Program-made: the position numbers and the translations under genes | Shown here: positions 1 through 8,780 of the stretch, one piece after another | Layout of the letters: each line of letters opens with the position of its first letter | Numbering within the stretch: the stretch's first letter is position 1 | IMG/VR virus record: IMGVR_UViG_3300016478_000186 | Location: 1-42,495 of that record | DNA from: a virus | Taxonomy: Duplodnaviria > Caudoviricetes | Direction: 5' to 3' (one strand) | DNA: 42,495 nucleotides | Notes under the pieces: generated by a model | What the model saw: only the letters and a program-made list of their open reading frames with translations | Databases searched by the model: none | Told to the model about the DNA's origin: nothing

Positions 1-446
1 CCATCCAGTGTAAGGCCTGCTTCGCGGTGTTCGCGCCGGCGCCGGCGTGCCCGTCCTGCGGCCACATCGTCGAGGTGAAGACGCGCAAGCTGGAGCACGT
101 CGACGGTGAGCTGAAAGAGATCACCCCGGAAATGGCCGAGGCCCTGCGCAAGTCGAAGAAGGCCGAGGTCAAAAACGCGAAGTCGCTCGAGGAGCTGGAG
201 CGCATTGGCGCCGAGCGCGGCTACTCGCAGGGCTGGGCGAAGGCCACATGGGAGGCGCGCCAGCGTACCCGCGAGAAGTACCGGCCGACCAGGCCGCCGG
301 AGCCGTCAATCGAGGAGTTGAAGCAGATGTCTCTGGAGCAGCTGGAGAGAGTGGCTGCCGAGCAGGGATGGCCAAGGGACTTCCCGAGTAGCTTTTATTA
401 TTCGCAAGGCGCTGGAGCAGGAGGCGGCAATGGACTGCTGCTCTGA
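1..446 (+). CDS. C-terminal part of a phage SF2 (DEAD/DEAH-like) helicase, truncated at window start
   Basis: Frame is open from the window edge: CxxC...CPSCGH zinc ribbon, 'LEHVDGELKEI', 'RGYSQGWA' tail typical of phage helicase C-termini; upstream of ssb/VRR-NUC/primase. Confidence 0.7.
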   Translation, partial: IQCKACFAVFAPAPACPSCGHIVEVKTRKLEHVDGELKEITPEMAEALRKSKKAEVKNAKSLEELERIGAERGYSQGWAKATWEARQRTREKYRPTRPPEPSIEELKQMSLEQLERVAAEQGWPRDFPSSFYYSQGAGAGGGNGLLL

Positions 447-1203
447 GGCTTACAAAGTTTGCACGAAGTGCAAAGAGCTGAAGCCCCTAACCGACTTCTT
501 CAAGAACAGCGAAAACAAGAAGGATGGGAGAATGGCTCGATGCAAAAGCTGCAAACAAGCAGAGACGGCCAAATGGGTCGCAAACAATCGAGACAGGCGC
601 AATGAGAAAAGGCGGGCCGCAGATCGAAAGCCTGAGCGCATCAAAGTCGCGAAGGCCTGGGAGGACAGGCCAGATGTTCGCGAGCGCAGAAACGCGGCGG
701 CTCGAGATCGAGCAGGCCTCAGAACGCCAGAGCAAAAGGAAAAGGTGTCAGCCTACTTGAAGGAGTACCGGAAGAAGACTCTGCGAGTCCGCAATCCTGA
801 ACAAGACAAGGCATATCGCTACGAATATGTGCGGCGTGAATCATCAAAGGCGCGAGCCAGGGAGTACGCTCGGAAGCGTTCGTCAACTCCTCGCGGGAAT
901 ATCGACAATCGAATGTCATCGGCAATCTGGAAGGCCGTGCAGAAGAACAATCGTTCGTGGGTATCGCTGGTAGGCTACACGCTCGACCAGCTCATGACCC
1001 ACCTGGGAAAGCAGTTCACGAAAGGCATGGGCTGGCACAACTTTGGTGAGTGGCACATCGACCATATCGTCCCGAAGTCATCGTTCACCTACGCGAGCAC
1101 AGACGATCCTGAGTTCAAGGAGTGCTGGTCACTCAGCAACCTTCGGCCGCTATGGGCTGATCAGAACTTGTCCAAGAGTTCGAAGCAAGTTTTCCTGCTG
1201 TAA
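430..1203 (+). CDS. HNH homing endonuclease-like protein
   Basis: N-terminal CTKC...CKSC zinc motif; C-terminal 'WHIDHIVP...LSNLRPLWADQNLSK' HNH-type core. Confidence 0.8.
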   Translation: MDCCSEAYKVCTKCKELKPLTDFFKNSENKKDGRMARCKSCKQAETAKWVANNRDRRNEKRRAADRKPERIKVAKAWEDRPDVRERRNAAARDRAGLRTPEQKEKVSAYLKEYRKKTLRVRNPEQDKAYRYEYVRRESSKARAREYARKRSSTPRGNIDNRMSSAIWKAVQKNNRSWVSLVGYTLDQLMTHLGKQFTKGMGWHNFGEWHIDHIVPKSSFTYASTDDPEFKECWSLSNLRPLWADQNLSKSSKQVFLL

Positions 1204-1240
1204 ACCAATCAACCAACAAGCCCTTGGAGGGCAATAACGC

Positions 1241-1708
1241 ATGGCTCGTGGAATCAACAAGGTGATCCTGGTCGGCAACTGTGGCGGCGACCCGGAGACC
1301 CGCTATTTGCCGAACGGTAACGCGGTCACCAACGTCACCCTGGCGACCTCGGAAACCTGGAAGGACAAGCAGTCCGGTGAGACCAAGGAAAAGACCGAAT
1401 GGCACCGTGTCGTGTTCTTCGGCAAGCTGGCGGAAATCGCCGGCGAGTACATGGGCAAAGGCAGCCAGTGCTACATCGAGGGCAAGCTGCAAACCCGCGA
1501 GTGGGAGAAGGACGGCGTCAAGCGCTACACCACCGAGATCGTGGTCGACTCCATGAACGGGGTCCTGCAATTGCTCGGCGGTAAGAAGGAGGGCGGCTCC
1601 TCTGGCGGCGGTCAGCCTGCCCAGCGCCAGCAGCCTCGCCCGGCCCAGCAGGCTGCTCCAGCGGCCGGCCCTGCGCCTGATGACTTCGATGTCGATATTC
1701 CGTTCTGA
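1241..1708 (+). CDS. ssb: single-stranded DNA-binding protein
   Basis: [13 protein letters not shown]...[19 protein letters not shown]...[10 protein letters not shown]; acidic DIPF tail; GGAGG RBS. Confidence 0.97.
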   Translation: MARGINKVILVGNCGGDPETRYLPNGNAVTNVTLATSETWKDKQSGETKEKTEWHRVVFFGKLAEIAGEYMGKGSQCYIEGKLQTREWEKDGVKRYTTEIVVDSMNGVLQLLGGKKEGGSSGGGQPAQRQQPRPAQQAAPAAGPAPDDFDVDIPF

Positions 1709-1716
1709 GGTGGCTT

Positions 1717-2094
1717 ATGGACTTTGAAGTTCCGGGCTACGAGGCCCTGGCAAACATTCTGGAGCTGGCCTACCGGCAGGCCTCGCAGGGGAAGGGCAAG
1801 GAGCGGCACGCCACCAGCGGGCAGCCGTTCCATGCCCAGCGCATGCAGACCTCCAGTGATGCGGTCGGCTCGCCTGACGGTATGGCCTACCAGGTGATCA
1901 AGAAGATGACCGAAGGCCTGGAGTTCGACGATCGCGAACGTTGCGAGCGCGAGCTGCTGGGCGCCATCAACTATCTGGCCGGTATCGCGATCTGGTTGCG
2001 GCGCAAGCACGGGCTCCCGCTCGACGGGCCGCTACAGCCTGCTCGCCCGATACCCACTGGTATCCAGATTGGTGGGTCTGCTCGTGAGTTCTGA
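1717..2094 (+). CDS. hypothetical phage protein
   Basis: GAGGT RBS, phage-like codon usage, tight packing after ssb. Confidence 0.7.
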   Translation: MDFEVPGYEALANILELAYRQASQGKGKERHATSGQPFHAQRMQTSSDAVGSPDGMAYQVIKKMTEGLEFDDRERCERELLGAINYLAGIAIWLRRKHGLPLDGPLQPARPIPTGIQIGGSAREF

Positions 2095-2542
2095 GGCTCG
2101 TGTTCAACGGGAGATATGGCTCGGCCTGGGATTGCTTTCCAGGCTGTTCCGCCTCAACTCTGGCCGCGCATGGTTGTCGAACCTGGGGCCGCAGTCGGTC
2201 AAGAAGTTGTCCGATGGTTCTGTGCTGATTCCTGCTGCTCGCCCGATACCGCTCGGGCTGGCCACCACCAGTGGTGATCCTGTCGTTGGTCAGCATGACC
2301 TGTTCGGCTGGACTGAAATCGAAATCACGCCGGAAATGGTGGGGTCGGTTGTCCCGGTGGTCACCGCGATCGAAACCAAGCGCAGCAAGGGCGGCAAAAC
2401 CTCAGAAGGGCAGATCAATTTTGGCGACCAGGTTCGCAACGCTGGCGGCATCGCTGGCGTAGCCAATTCGAAGGAGGCCGCCCTGGCCATCATTCAGAAT
2501 TGGGTGAATCAAAGGAGCGCAAAGTTGAAAAAACTGAGGTAG
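2084..2542 (+). CDS. VRR-NUC domain (PD-(D/E)XK) nuclease
   Basis: SE..VQREI start, 'LFRLNSG', 'DLFG', 'AIETKR..GKTSEGQINF..V..AGGIAGV' match the VRR-NUC pattern; GTG at 2084 chosen as start. Confidence 0.85.
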   Translation: MSSEARVQREIWLGLGLLSRLFRLNSGRAWLSNLGPQSVKKLSDGSVLIPAARPIPLGLATTSGDPVVGQHDLFGWTEIEITPEMVGSVVPVVTAIETKRSKGGKTSEGQINFGDQVRNAGGIAGVANSKEAALAIIQNWVNQRSAKLKKLR

Positions 2543-2741
2543 GATTGGCCGGCCGTGATCTCTGGGGACGCGGCCGTTTTCACAAAATCACTGATTTACA
2601 CGGGTTCTCGCGAGCCTTCTTTTGTTGCGAGCCCGATACTGTTTTGGGCTAGGCGGTGACTAGCTATCGCCGCTGAAGAGTGCGTTCTGCGCGCGCCTGC
2701 CCAATTTCTTACAACGCAGTTGACCCAAGGCAGAATGGTCT

Positions 2742-5606
2742 ATGAGTGGGCTCCTTCCCGCATCCGTTATCGACAAAGCAAAATCTGACATTGTCGCTGT
2801 TGTTTCCCGCTACGTTGAGCTTGAAAAGAAGGGCAAGGAGTTTGCAGCCTGCTGCCCTTTTCATAGCGAGCGCACTGCTTCCTTCTCGGTGATCCCTGAT
2901 AAAAACGCCTTCTACTGCTTCGGCTGTGGCGCTGGCGGTGATGCCGTGGACTTCGTCCAGAAGTACGAGAATGTCACCTTCCGTGAGGCGGTTAACCGCA
3001 TCGTCGGTGGCCTCTCTGGCGATCAGGCGTTCACACCTCTGCCGCCGAAGAAGCAGGAAGAGCCCGAGTGGAAGCCGGTAGTACCGGTGCCGTCTGGGCT
3101 GAAGCAACGACCGATGGACGTATTCAACCGTCCGAAGGGCGACGGCTTTGAGAGGCTTGTGTCGAGCAAACGCTGGGAATACCGCGACGCCAATGGCGGC
3201 CTGATCGGCTACATCTGCCGATTCGAGCTCCCGACTGGCGGTAAGGACGTAATCCCGCAGTCGTTCTGCGCGAACACCAAGACTGGCGTGATGTCCTGGC
3301 GCTGGCTGTCGTTCGATAAGCCGCGCCCACTCTATGGCCTTGACCTGTTGGCTGCCAATCCGGATGCCCAGGTCCTGCTGGTCGAAGGCGAGAAGGCCTG
3401 CGACGCGGCCCGGGATCTGCTGGCTGCAGCCGGCGTGCCAATCAATAAGCTGGTGGCCGTGTCTTGGCCGGGTGGCGGTAAGGCTGTTCGCCTGACTGAC
3501 TGGTCTGCCCTGGCTGGCCGCTCCGTTGCGCTGTGGCCTGACGCCGACCAGAAGAACTGGCCGAAGGGTCACCGCCTGCACGCTGAAGTCATGCCGTTCA
3601 TGATGCAGCCCGGTACCATCTGCATGGTCGATGTGCTGGAGCACATCCGCGAGACCGCTAAGTCCGTCAAGTTCATTGTGCCGCCGGCCGGCGTGCCGGA
3701 TGGTTGGGACCTGGCCGACGAGCTGCCGGAGGGGTTCTCGCTGCTGGCGCACATGCGTGCTGCTGCCTTGACCGAGGACGAGCTCTGGGCTCGCTACCCT
3801 GAAACTGACGCGCCGACCGAAGAGGCGCCAGCGCCGGAAGTCATCGCTGAGGCTCCGCCTGCGGCTGATGATGACTACCTGGATATGCCGCCGTGGGAAG
3901 GCGAGGATGTTCCGGTCGCGGGCTCTGGCTCAACCATGGCGCCTGACGATGGTGATGGCCTGGATGACCTGGTGAAGAACACCTACTTCACCATCCTGGG
4001 GTATGACCAGGGCACCTACTTCGTCTTCCAGCACGAGAAGCTGCAGGTTCTGTCGATCACCAAGGGCGACCTGTCCGATATCGGCCTGATCGAGCTGGCG
4101 CCGGCTAACTGGTGGGAGGAGCATTTCCCGTCCGACAAGGGTGTGAATCGCAAGGCTGCCGCCAACTGGCTGTTCCGTGTGGCCAACTCCAAGGGCATCT
4201 ACGACCCGACCCGCGTGCGCGGTCGTGGCGCCTGGCGCGATGCTGGTCGGCATGTGTTCCACCATGGCGGCTATCTGACCGTCGACGGTGCTGAGACGGG
4301 CATCACCCAGATCAAGTCGAAGTTTGTGTACCCGCTGTCGCGCAGCATGCCGGAGCTGGCCGCGCCGATGACCGACCTCGAAGGGCGCCAGCTCCTGAAG
4401 GTCGCGACAATGGTGCGCTGGTCTAAGCCTGCGTCGGGCCCGCTGATGGCTGGCTGGGTAATGCTGGCGGCGATCTGTGGCTCGCTGCGCTGGCGTCCGC
4501 ACATCTGGCTGACCGGTGCTGCAGGCTCTGGCAAGTCAACCATCCTGAGCGAGTATGTGGCTGCCCTGCTTGGCGCCTTCGGCGTGTTTGCGCAGGGTAA
4601 CTCCACCGAGGCGGGCATCCGCCAGAAGCTGGCCAGCGATGCTCAGCCGGTCATGATTGACGAGCTCGAATCCAACACCGAGGCCGAGCGCCGTCGGGTC
4701 GAGTCGATCCTGTCGCTGATCCGTCAGGCCTCGACCGAGTCGCCGGCTGAAACCCTGAAGGGTACGGTCGGCGGCAGCGCCATGAACTTCCATATCCGCT
4801 CCATGTTCTGCCTGGCCTCGGTCAACACCGCGATCGAGAAGAAGGCCGATATCGATCGCCTGACGAAGCTGGTCGTGCGGCCACCGGCAAACGCGGCTGA
4901 GGCTGAGGAGCAATGGGCGCGTCTGTCCGACGAGCTCCACAAGATCAAGACCGACGAGACCATTTCCAGCCGTCTCCTGGCTCGTGCTCTCGGCATGCTG
5001 CCGGTGATCCACGAGAATATCGGCGTCTTCACCTCCGTGGCCGCCAAGCACTTCGGTACCCAGCGCGACGGTGACCAGTTCGGTACCCTACTGGCCGGCT
5101 GCTGGTGCCTGGTGAACAGCACCGTGGCCACCCCGGACGAAGCGCTCAAAATGATTAACTTCTACGACTGGAATGAGCATACCGAGGACCATGATCAGGA
5201 TGACGCGCAGCGCGCTCTGTCTGCTCTGCTGGGTGCCAAGCTGCGGGTCGGTGGCAGCACCGCCGAGCTGTCGGTGTACGAGCTGATCTGCGAAACGTCG
5301 CCGCATCATCGCGCCGGCGTGCTGGACAACATGACCGCCGAGGCTGTTCTCAAGCGCCACGGGATCCGCGTCGACTACATGACCGATACCCTGCTGTTCG
5401 GTACCAGCGTCGACAACCTCAAGGCCCTGGTTGAGAAGATGGACTTCGTGACCGACCTGCGCGGGCAGTTGCTGCGGGTGAAAGGTGCGACCCGGGTCGA
5501 CAAGACTGTGCGCTTCATGGGCTCGGCGTCGAAGTGCGTGGCGGTACCGCTGTCGCCAATCCTGGGCGAAGAGAAGGTCCTGTCTCCGGATGAGCCGCCG
5601 ATCTGA
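2742..5606 (+). CDS. DNA primase-helicase (CHC2 zinc finger + TOPRIM + P-loop helicase)
   Basis: CCPFHSERTASF...FYCFGCGAGGD (DnaG-type zinc finger); 'LLVEGEKACDA' and 'WPDAD' (TOPRIM); GAAGSGKS Walker A and VMIDE Walker B. Confidence 0.92.
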   Translation: MSGLLPASVIDKAKSDIVAVVSRYVELEKKGKEFAACCPFHSERTASFSVIPDKNAFYCFGCGAGGDAVDFVQKYENVTFREAVNRIVGGLSGDQAFTPLPPKKQEEPEWKPVVPVPSGLKQRPMDVFNRPKGDGFERLVSSKRWEYRDANGGLIGYICRFELPTGGKDVIPQSFCANTKTGVMSWRWLSFDKPRPLYGLDLLAANPDAQVLLVEGEKACDAARDLLAAAGVPINKLVAVSWPGGGKAVRLTDWSALAGRSVALWPDADQKNWPKGHRLHAEVMPFMMQPGTICMVDVLEHIRETAKSVKFIVPPAGVPDGWDLADELPEGFSLLAHMRAAALTEDELWARYPETDAPTEEAPAPEVIAEAPPAADDDYLDMPPWEGEDVPVAGSGSTMAPDDGDGLDDLVKNTYFTILGYDQGTYFVFQHEKLQVLSITKGDLSDIGLIELAPANWWEEHFPSDKGVNRKAAANWLFRVANSKGIYDPTRVRGRGAWRDAGRHVFHHGGYLTVDGAETGITQIKSKFVYPLSRSMPELAAPMTDLEGRQLLKVATMVRWSKPASGPLMAGWVMLAAICGSLRWRPHIWLTGAAGSGKSTILSEYVAALLGAFGVFAQGNSTEAGIRQKLASDAQPVMIDELESNTEAERRRVESILSLIRQASTESPAETLKGTVGGSAMNFHIRSMFCLASVNTAIEKKADIDRLTKLVVRPPANAAEAEEQWARLSDELHKIKTDETISSRLLARALGMLPVIHENIGVFTSVAAKHFGTQRDGDQFGTLLAGCWCLVNSTVATPDEALKMINFYDWNEHTEDHDQDDAQRALSALLGAKLRVGGSTAELSVYELICETSPHHRAGVLDNMTAEAVLKRHGIRVDYMTDTLLFGTSVDNLKALVEKMDFVTDLRGQLLRVKGATRVDKTVRFMGSASKCVAVPLSPILGEEKVLSPDEPPI

Positions 5607-5622
5607 TCGGTTGCCCAATGAG

Positions 5623-5646
5623 AAAGCCGGCTATTGCCGGCTTTTT
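5623..5646. terminator. intrinsic terminator, probably bidirectional
   Basis: AAAGCCGGC-TATT-GCCGGCTTTTTT between convergent gene blocks. Confidence 0.85.
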
Positions 5647-5833
5647 TGTTGCTTGAACTTGGCGCCTCCGCCTCTGAGGCACCTGGAGCAATCGTCCGAG
5701 ACACCTCCCGGCCTGGCCGGCTCGCTCCAGAAGTGGTCAATCTCTCGAGTGGTGCGGCAGCTCCTGCAGCACTTCACGATCAAGTGCCCGACCTGGAAAA
5801 CGTGGCCGGGCATGACCCTGGTGATCGGTGCTT

Positions 5834-6073
5834 TCAAGCGCGAGCCTTCCGATCGGCTCGGCTGCTGGCAACGATCGGACGCTGGCCTTCGGTGAGGGTC
5901 CACGGAAACTCTCGCTTGCAGCTGTTGCAGATTTTCAGGTTGATCGACCGGAGCGGGATGACGACGTCGCTGCCGCAGCTCGGGCAATGCTTGGTGGTGA
6001 TCCGCCCAAAGCGGACGCGCAGCCAATTGCGCAGCCTGGTCTTGAGCCTGTTGATGGTCGCTCGCAGTGTCAT
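5834..6073 (-). CDS. small zinc-ribbon protein
   Basis: CPSCGS...CNSC; ATGA overlap with upstream gene. Confidence 0.7.
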   Translation of the reverse strand: MTLRATINRLKTRLRNWLRVRFGRITTKHCPSCGSDVVIPLRSINLKICNSCKREFPWTLTEGQRPIVASSRADRKARA

Positions 6074-6336
6074 GCCTTTCTCCCTAATTTCTTGGCTATG
6101 TCCGCGCAGGCGCGCGCGACGCGCTGCTGGCGGGCCTGTTCGGCGTGCTTGCGTGCTGCGCGCCGGGTTTCTTCTGTCATCGCGCCTGCGGCCTTGTGGG
6201 CGCCGTCCAGGCGGTCTGCCTCGGCCTCCAGCTTGGCTGCGTGCTGAAACTCGGCAGCAGCGTCCTCTCGGCGCTCTGCGTGGTTGGCTGCGTGGCGTAT
6301 CTCCGCTGCCTGGCGCCGGAGCTCCTGCGCCTTCAT
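6070..6336 (-). CDS. hypothetical helical protein
   Basis: MKAQELRRQ start overlaps the stop of 6333-6536 (ATGA). Confidence 0.65.
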   Translation of the reverse strand: MKAQELRRQAAEIRHAANHAERREDAAAEFQHAAKLEAEADRLDGAHKAAGAMTEETRRAARKHAEQARQQRVARACADIAKKLGRKA

Positions 6337-6536
6337 CGTGGTGTCATGCTGCATCTGTCGTACCAGATCGTTTGGAGTTGGTAGCGGCCGTTTTGCTCCA
6401 GTCCTCTGGTGGGCGCTGGGCATTCGACCGCTGGTTTTGGTAAAGGAGCTGGGCCGCACACAGTCGGCGCGGCCCAGGCCAGAAAAGTGAAAGTCAGGAC
6501 GGCTGCGTTTATCCAGCCGGCAAGGAATGACGCCAT
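6333..6536 (-). CDS. small protein with N-terminal hydrophobic segment
   Basis: GAGGAGG RBS; hydrophobic N-terminus. Confidence 0.6.
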   Translation of the reverse strand: MASFLAGWINAAVLTFTFLAWAAPTVCGPAPLPKPAVECPAPTRGLEQNGRYQLQTIWYDRCSMTPR

Positions 6537-6709
6537 CTCGCCTCCTCAGCGCAGGTGCCATCCATTGCAATGCGGGCAGCTCTCTGCGAGCCGCTGTTGG
6601 CCGCCCCGGGCGGCGATGGACCAGCCTGCGGTGCGTGCGCTGTCAAGGGTGGCGTAACGACGGCGCGGGTAGCATTTCCGGTTCGTGTTATCTCGTTCGG
6701 CCATGGCAT
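6509..6709 (-). CDS. hypothetical protein
   Basis: Fills the gap in the leftward operon; no motif recognised. Confidence 0.4.
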   Translation of the reverse strand: MPWPNEITRTGNATRAVVTPPLTAHAPQAGPSPPGAANSGSQRAARIAMDGTCAEEARWRHSLPAG

Positions 6710-6767
6710 TTGCTCTGTGTTTTCAGGGTTTTCCGATGGTGCCTGCGTTCGGTTGACCTATCAAGCG

Positions 6768-7091
6768 TCACTTGGCCTTGCTCCAAGTCCTGCCCGCGCA
6801 GATGTCCTGAACCATGCGCAAGGTCGGCTTCTTTTCAAACAGGCTGTAGATATCGCAGGCCTGATACCCGGCTTCGTGCAGCGTCTTGATCATCATGGCG
6901 CCGACCCGAGTGGTCTTCGCCAGTCGGTGCTTTTCGCCTCGCTTCACTCCGCGCAGGCCTAGCCGATTCATCTGGCGGAATACCGCTGTCTCGGTGCGAC
7001 CGATATCGGCGGCGATTTCTACCGCAGTCTTGATGCCAGCCCACTTCCTCAAGTGGGCGTTGTCGGTTTCTGTCCATGGCTTTCCGGCCAT
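6768..7091 (-). CDS. putative HTH DNA-binding protein
   Basis: 'KPWTETD..HL...TAVEIAADIGRTETAVFRQMNRLGL' HTH; 'GEKHRLAK' and 'VQDICAGRTW' resemble DNA-binding tails of phage homing nucleases. Confidence 0.7.
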   Translation of the reverse strand: MAGKPWTETDNAHLRKWAGIKTAVEIAADIGRTETAVFRQMNRLGLRGVKRGEKHRLAKTTRVGAMMIKTLHEAGYQACDIYSLFEKKPTLRMVQDICAGRTWSKAK

Positions 7092-7747
7092 CACTTCACC
7101 TCGGCCAGTGCGGCGCATATCTCGCCCCACAAAACTGCGTGACGGTGCGGGTCTAGTTCCTCCTGGGCCTTGGCCATCAACCCCGCCAGCTTGTCGCGCT
7201 GGGTCAGCAGCTTCAACTCACGCTCGGCACCCATTCCGTTCAACCGACATTGTTCCATAATCTCCGCATCCCGCCTGTCGCGCTGCTGGCGCAGTCGGTC
7301 GTTATCCTCGGCTTCCGTGCACAGGTCGTTGCGCAGATCACAAACCTGCTGGCGCAGCCGCTCTATCTCTGCCAGCGCCGGGATTCCATGCGACTGGCTG
7401 TAGAACTTGTCGAGCTTGCGGTGCAGGTCGCTGATTTCCTCCCGCAGCTCGGCAATGGTGGCGTCACGCTCAGCGGCAACCATTCCAGCTATACAGCGCG
7501 CAAAGATCAGACAGCTCGTCGTTGTTACCGATGACTTGTCAGTTGTAGGCCAGTCGAAAAAAGCATCAGCCTCTGCCTGAACACGCTCGCGCGATATTGC
7601 CTCACCCTCCGGCTGGCGCGGGGCGGCTAGGATGGCGCGGAGTTCCTTTACCACCTCGTTCTGATACGAGCCAAAGTGTGCGGCAACGGCTTCGATCCCT
7701 TGTGTTGCCCGCTCCAGCAGCTCGCGGTCAATCGTTACTTTGGTCAT
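7091..7747 (-). CDS. hypothetical coiled-coil phage early protein
   Basis: MTKVTIDRELLE start and coiled-coil heptads typical of mosaic early genes; GGAGA RBS. Confidence 0.7.
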   Translation of the reverse strand: MTKVTIDRELLERATQGIEAVAAHFGSYQNEVVKELRAILAAPRQPEGEAISRERVQAEADAFFDWPTTDKSSVTTTSCLIFARCIAGMVAAERDATIAELREEISDLHRKLDKFYSQSHGIPALAEIERLRQQVCDLRNDLCTEAEDNDRLRQQRDRRDAEIMEQCRLNGMGAERELKLLTQRDKLAGLMAKAQEELDPHRHAVLWGEICAALAEVK

Positions 7748-7942
7748 TTCAGCTATCTCCCATCATGTCGTCGCCAGCGCAGTGGCCCTGGCAGCCTGGC
7801 GTGCCGCACTCTGGGCAACGCTCGTCGCTTTCTTCCTCGTCGTCGGCGTCGTCGCCCATGTAACGGCCTGCGCACCACCCGCAAATCGAACATGAATCAC
7901 CGCCGCTGCATCCGAGGTAGGTGCCGCAGCTTGTGTTGGGCG

Positions 7943-8581
7943 TCAGCCAGAAACTTTCGCGATGACTTCGCGAATCCGGTCAAGGCTCCATCCAATAGGG
8001 AAATGCTCTGTCTCAACAAACTGAGCTGCCGCCCTCAACGCTTCGAGCATTCGCGCCTCGTTGTATTCGGCCTCGTAGGCATCTGCCGCCGCATCCATGC
8101 TGCCTTGGTTGATGTGCAGCCCTGCCAGCGGGTGCGGCTCCGCCTGCTCTTGCAGGCGCTTGATCCAGTCGGTATCACTCCATCCGGCAGGCGTTGGCGG
8201 CCTCGCCCCATCATGTCCAAGGAGCTCTCTATCGAGCGCAGTGTCAAGTTCGATAGCAGAACTCGGCGCAATGTAGGTCGGGCGCGGCAAGTTGATCGCA
8301 CAAAACTCTGCGTGGCCCTCACCGTTGGAAATGATGGCAAACTTCCGTCGCAACAGGCGGTAACGCTCGGCGTCCTTCGCCATGCGCTTCAACTGCTCGC
8401 TTACCGAGACATCGCCGCCGTCGGGTTGGTCCATGTAGTACGCTCCCGGCAGAGCTGCCGCGCACTTGTCCAGTTCGGCGGTCAGCCTGTCCGCTATCAC
8501 ACGGACCTCGTCGCGCTCTCTTGCCATCTTGCATGCGTGCTTCTGGGCTTCATGGAGTTCGTAGTCGTCTGGGTCAAACAT
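7943..8581 (-). CDS. cassette-borne hypothetical phage-type protein
   Basis: GAGGA RBS; 'KDAERYRLLR' motif common in phage early proteins; stop abuts the cassette boundary. Confidence 0.75.
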   Translation of the reverse strand: MFDPDDYELHEAQKHACKMARERDEVRVIADRLTAELDKCAAALPGAYYMDQPDGGDVSVSEQLKRMAKDAERYRLLRRKFAIISNGEGHAEFCAINLPRPTYIAPSSAIELDTALDRELLGHDGARPPTPAGWSDTDWIKRLQEQAEPHPLAGLHINQGSMDAAADAYEAEYNEARMLEALRAAAQFVETEHFPIGWSLDRIREVIAKVSG

Positions 8582-8681
8582 CGTACTGTCCTCGGTATGG
8601 TGCGGTTTTCGGTATGGTCGCGCCCAACTGGCGCATCAACTCGGCGTTGCTTTCAACTTTCGTTATTGCTTTACGTTCCAT
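8574..8681 (-). CDS. cassette-borne 35-aa peptide (MERKAITKVESNAELMRQLGATIPKTAPYRGQYDV)
   Basis: Read manually; GAGGAG/GAGA upstream; stop overlaps the start of 7943-8581. Confidence 0.5.
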   Translation of the reverse strand: MERKAITKVESNAELMRQLGATIPKTAPYRGQYDV

Positions 8682-8703
8682 TTCTCATTCTCCTCGCGTT
8701 GCC

Positions 8704-8761
8704 GCCCAACAGTTCATTCAAGCCGACGCCGTTCCGGCGCGGCTTAATTCAGGTGTTCTGG
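8704..8761 (+). mobile_element. attC site (59-base element)
   Basis: GCCCAAC-AGTTC-ATTCAAGC-CGACGCCG-TTC-CGGCGCG-GCTTAAT-TCAGGT-GTT: canonical R''/5 nt/L''(8)/stem/L'(7)/6 nt/R' layout with extrahelical bases on the left arm, closely resembling short aadA/aadB-type attC sites. Confidence 0.9.
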
Positions 8762-8780
8762 CAGTACAGATAACGCCCGC

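Larger units (their letters stand above)
7936..8755 (+). mobile_element. integron gene cassette inserted at a secondary GTT site
   Basis: Left boundary G|TTGGGC (7935-7941) is the exact complement of R'' GCCCAAC (8704-8710) of the attC at the right end; right crossover G|TT at 8755. Confidence 0.82.

Noticed and set aside
2673-2700. CTGAAGA followed by a stem, resembling a hammerhead ribozyme core
   Set aside because: No GAAA after the stem and no correctly placed NUH site; treated instead as an unknown three-way junction
7858-7941. Apparent second attC (ATGTAAC...GTTGGGC with partial arm pairing)
   Set aside because: Spacer lengths and bulge side do not fit attC geometry in either orientation; the sequence is better explained as the coding 3' half of the split Cys-rich gene plus the cassette's left core site
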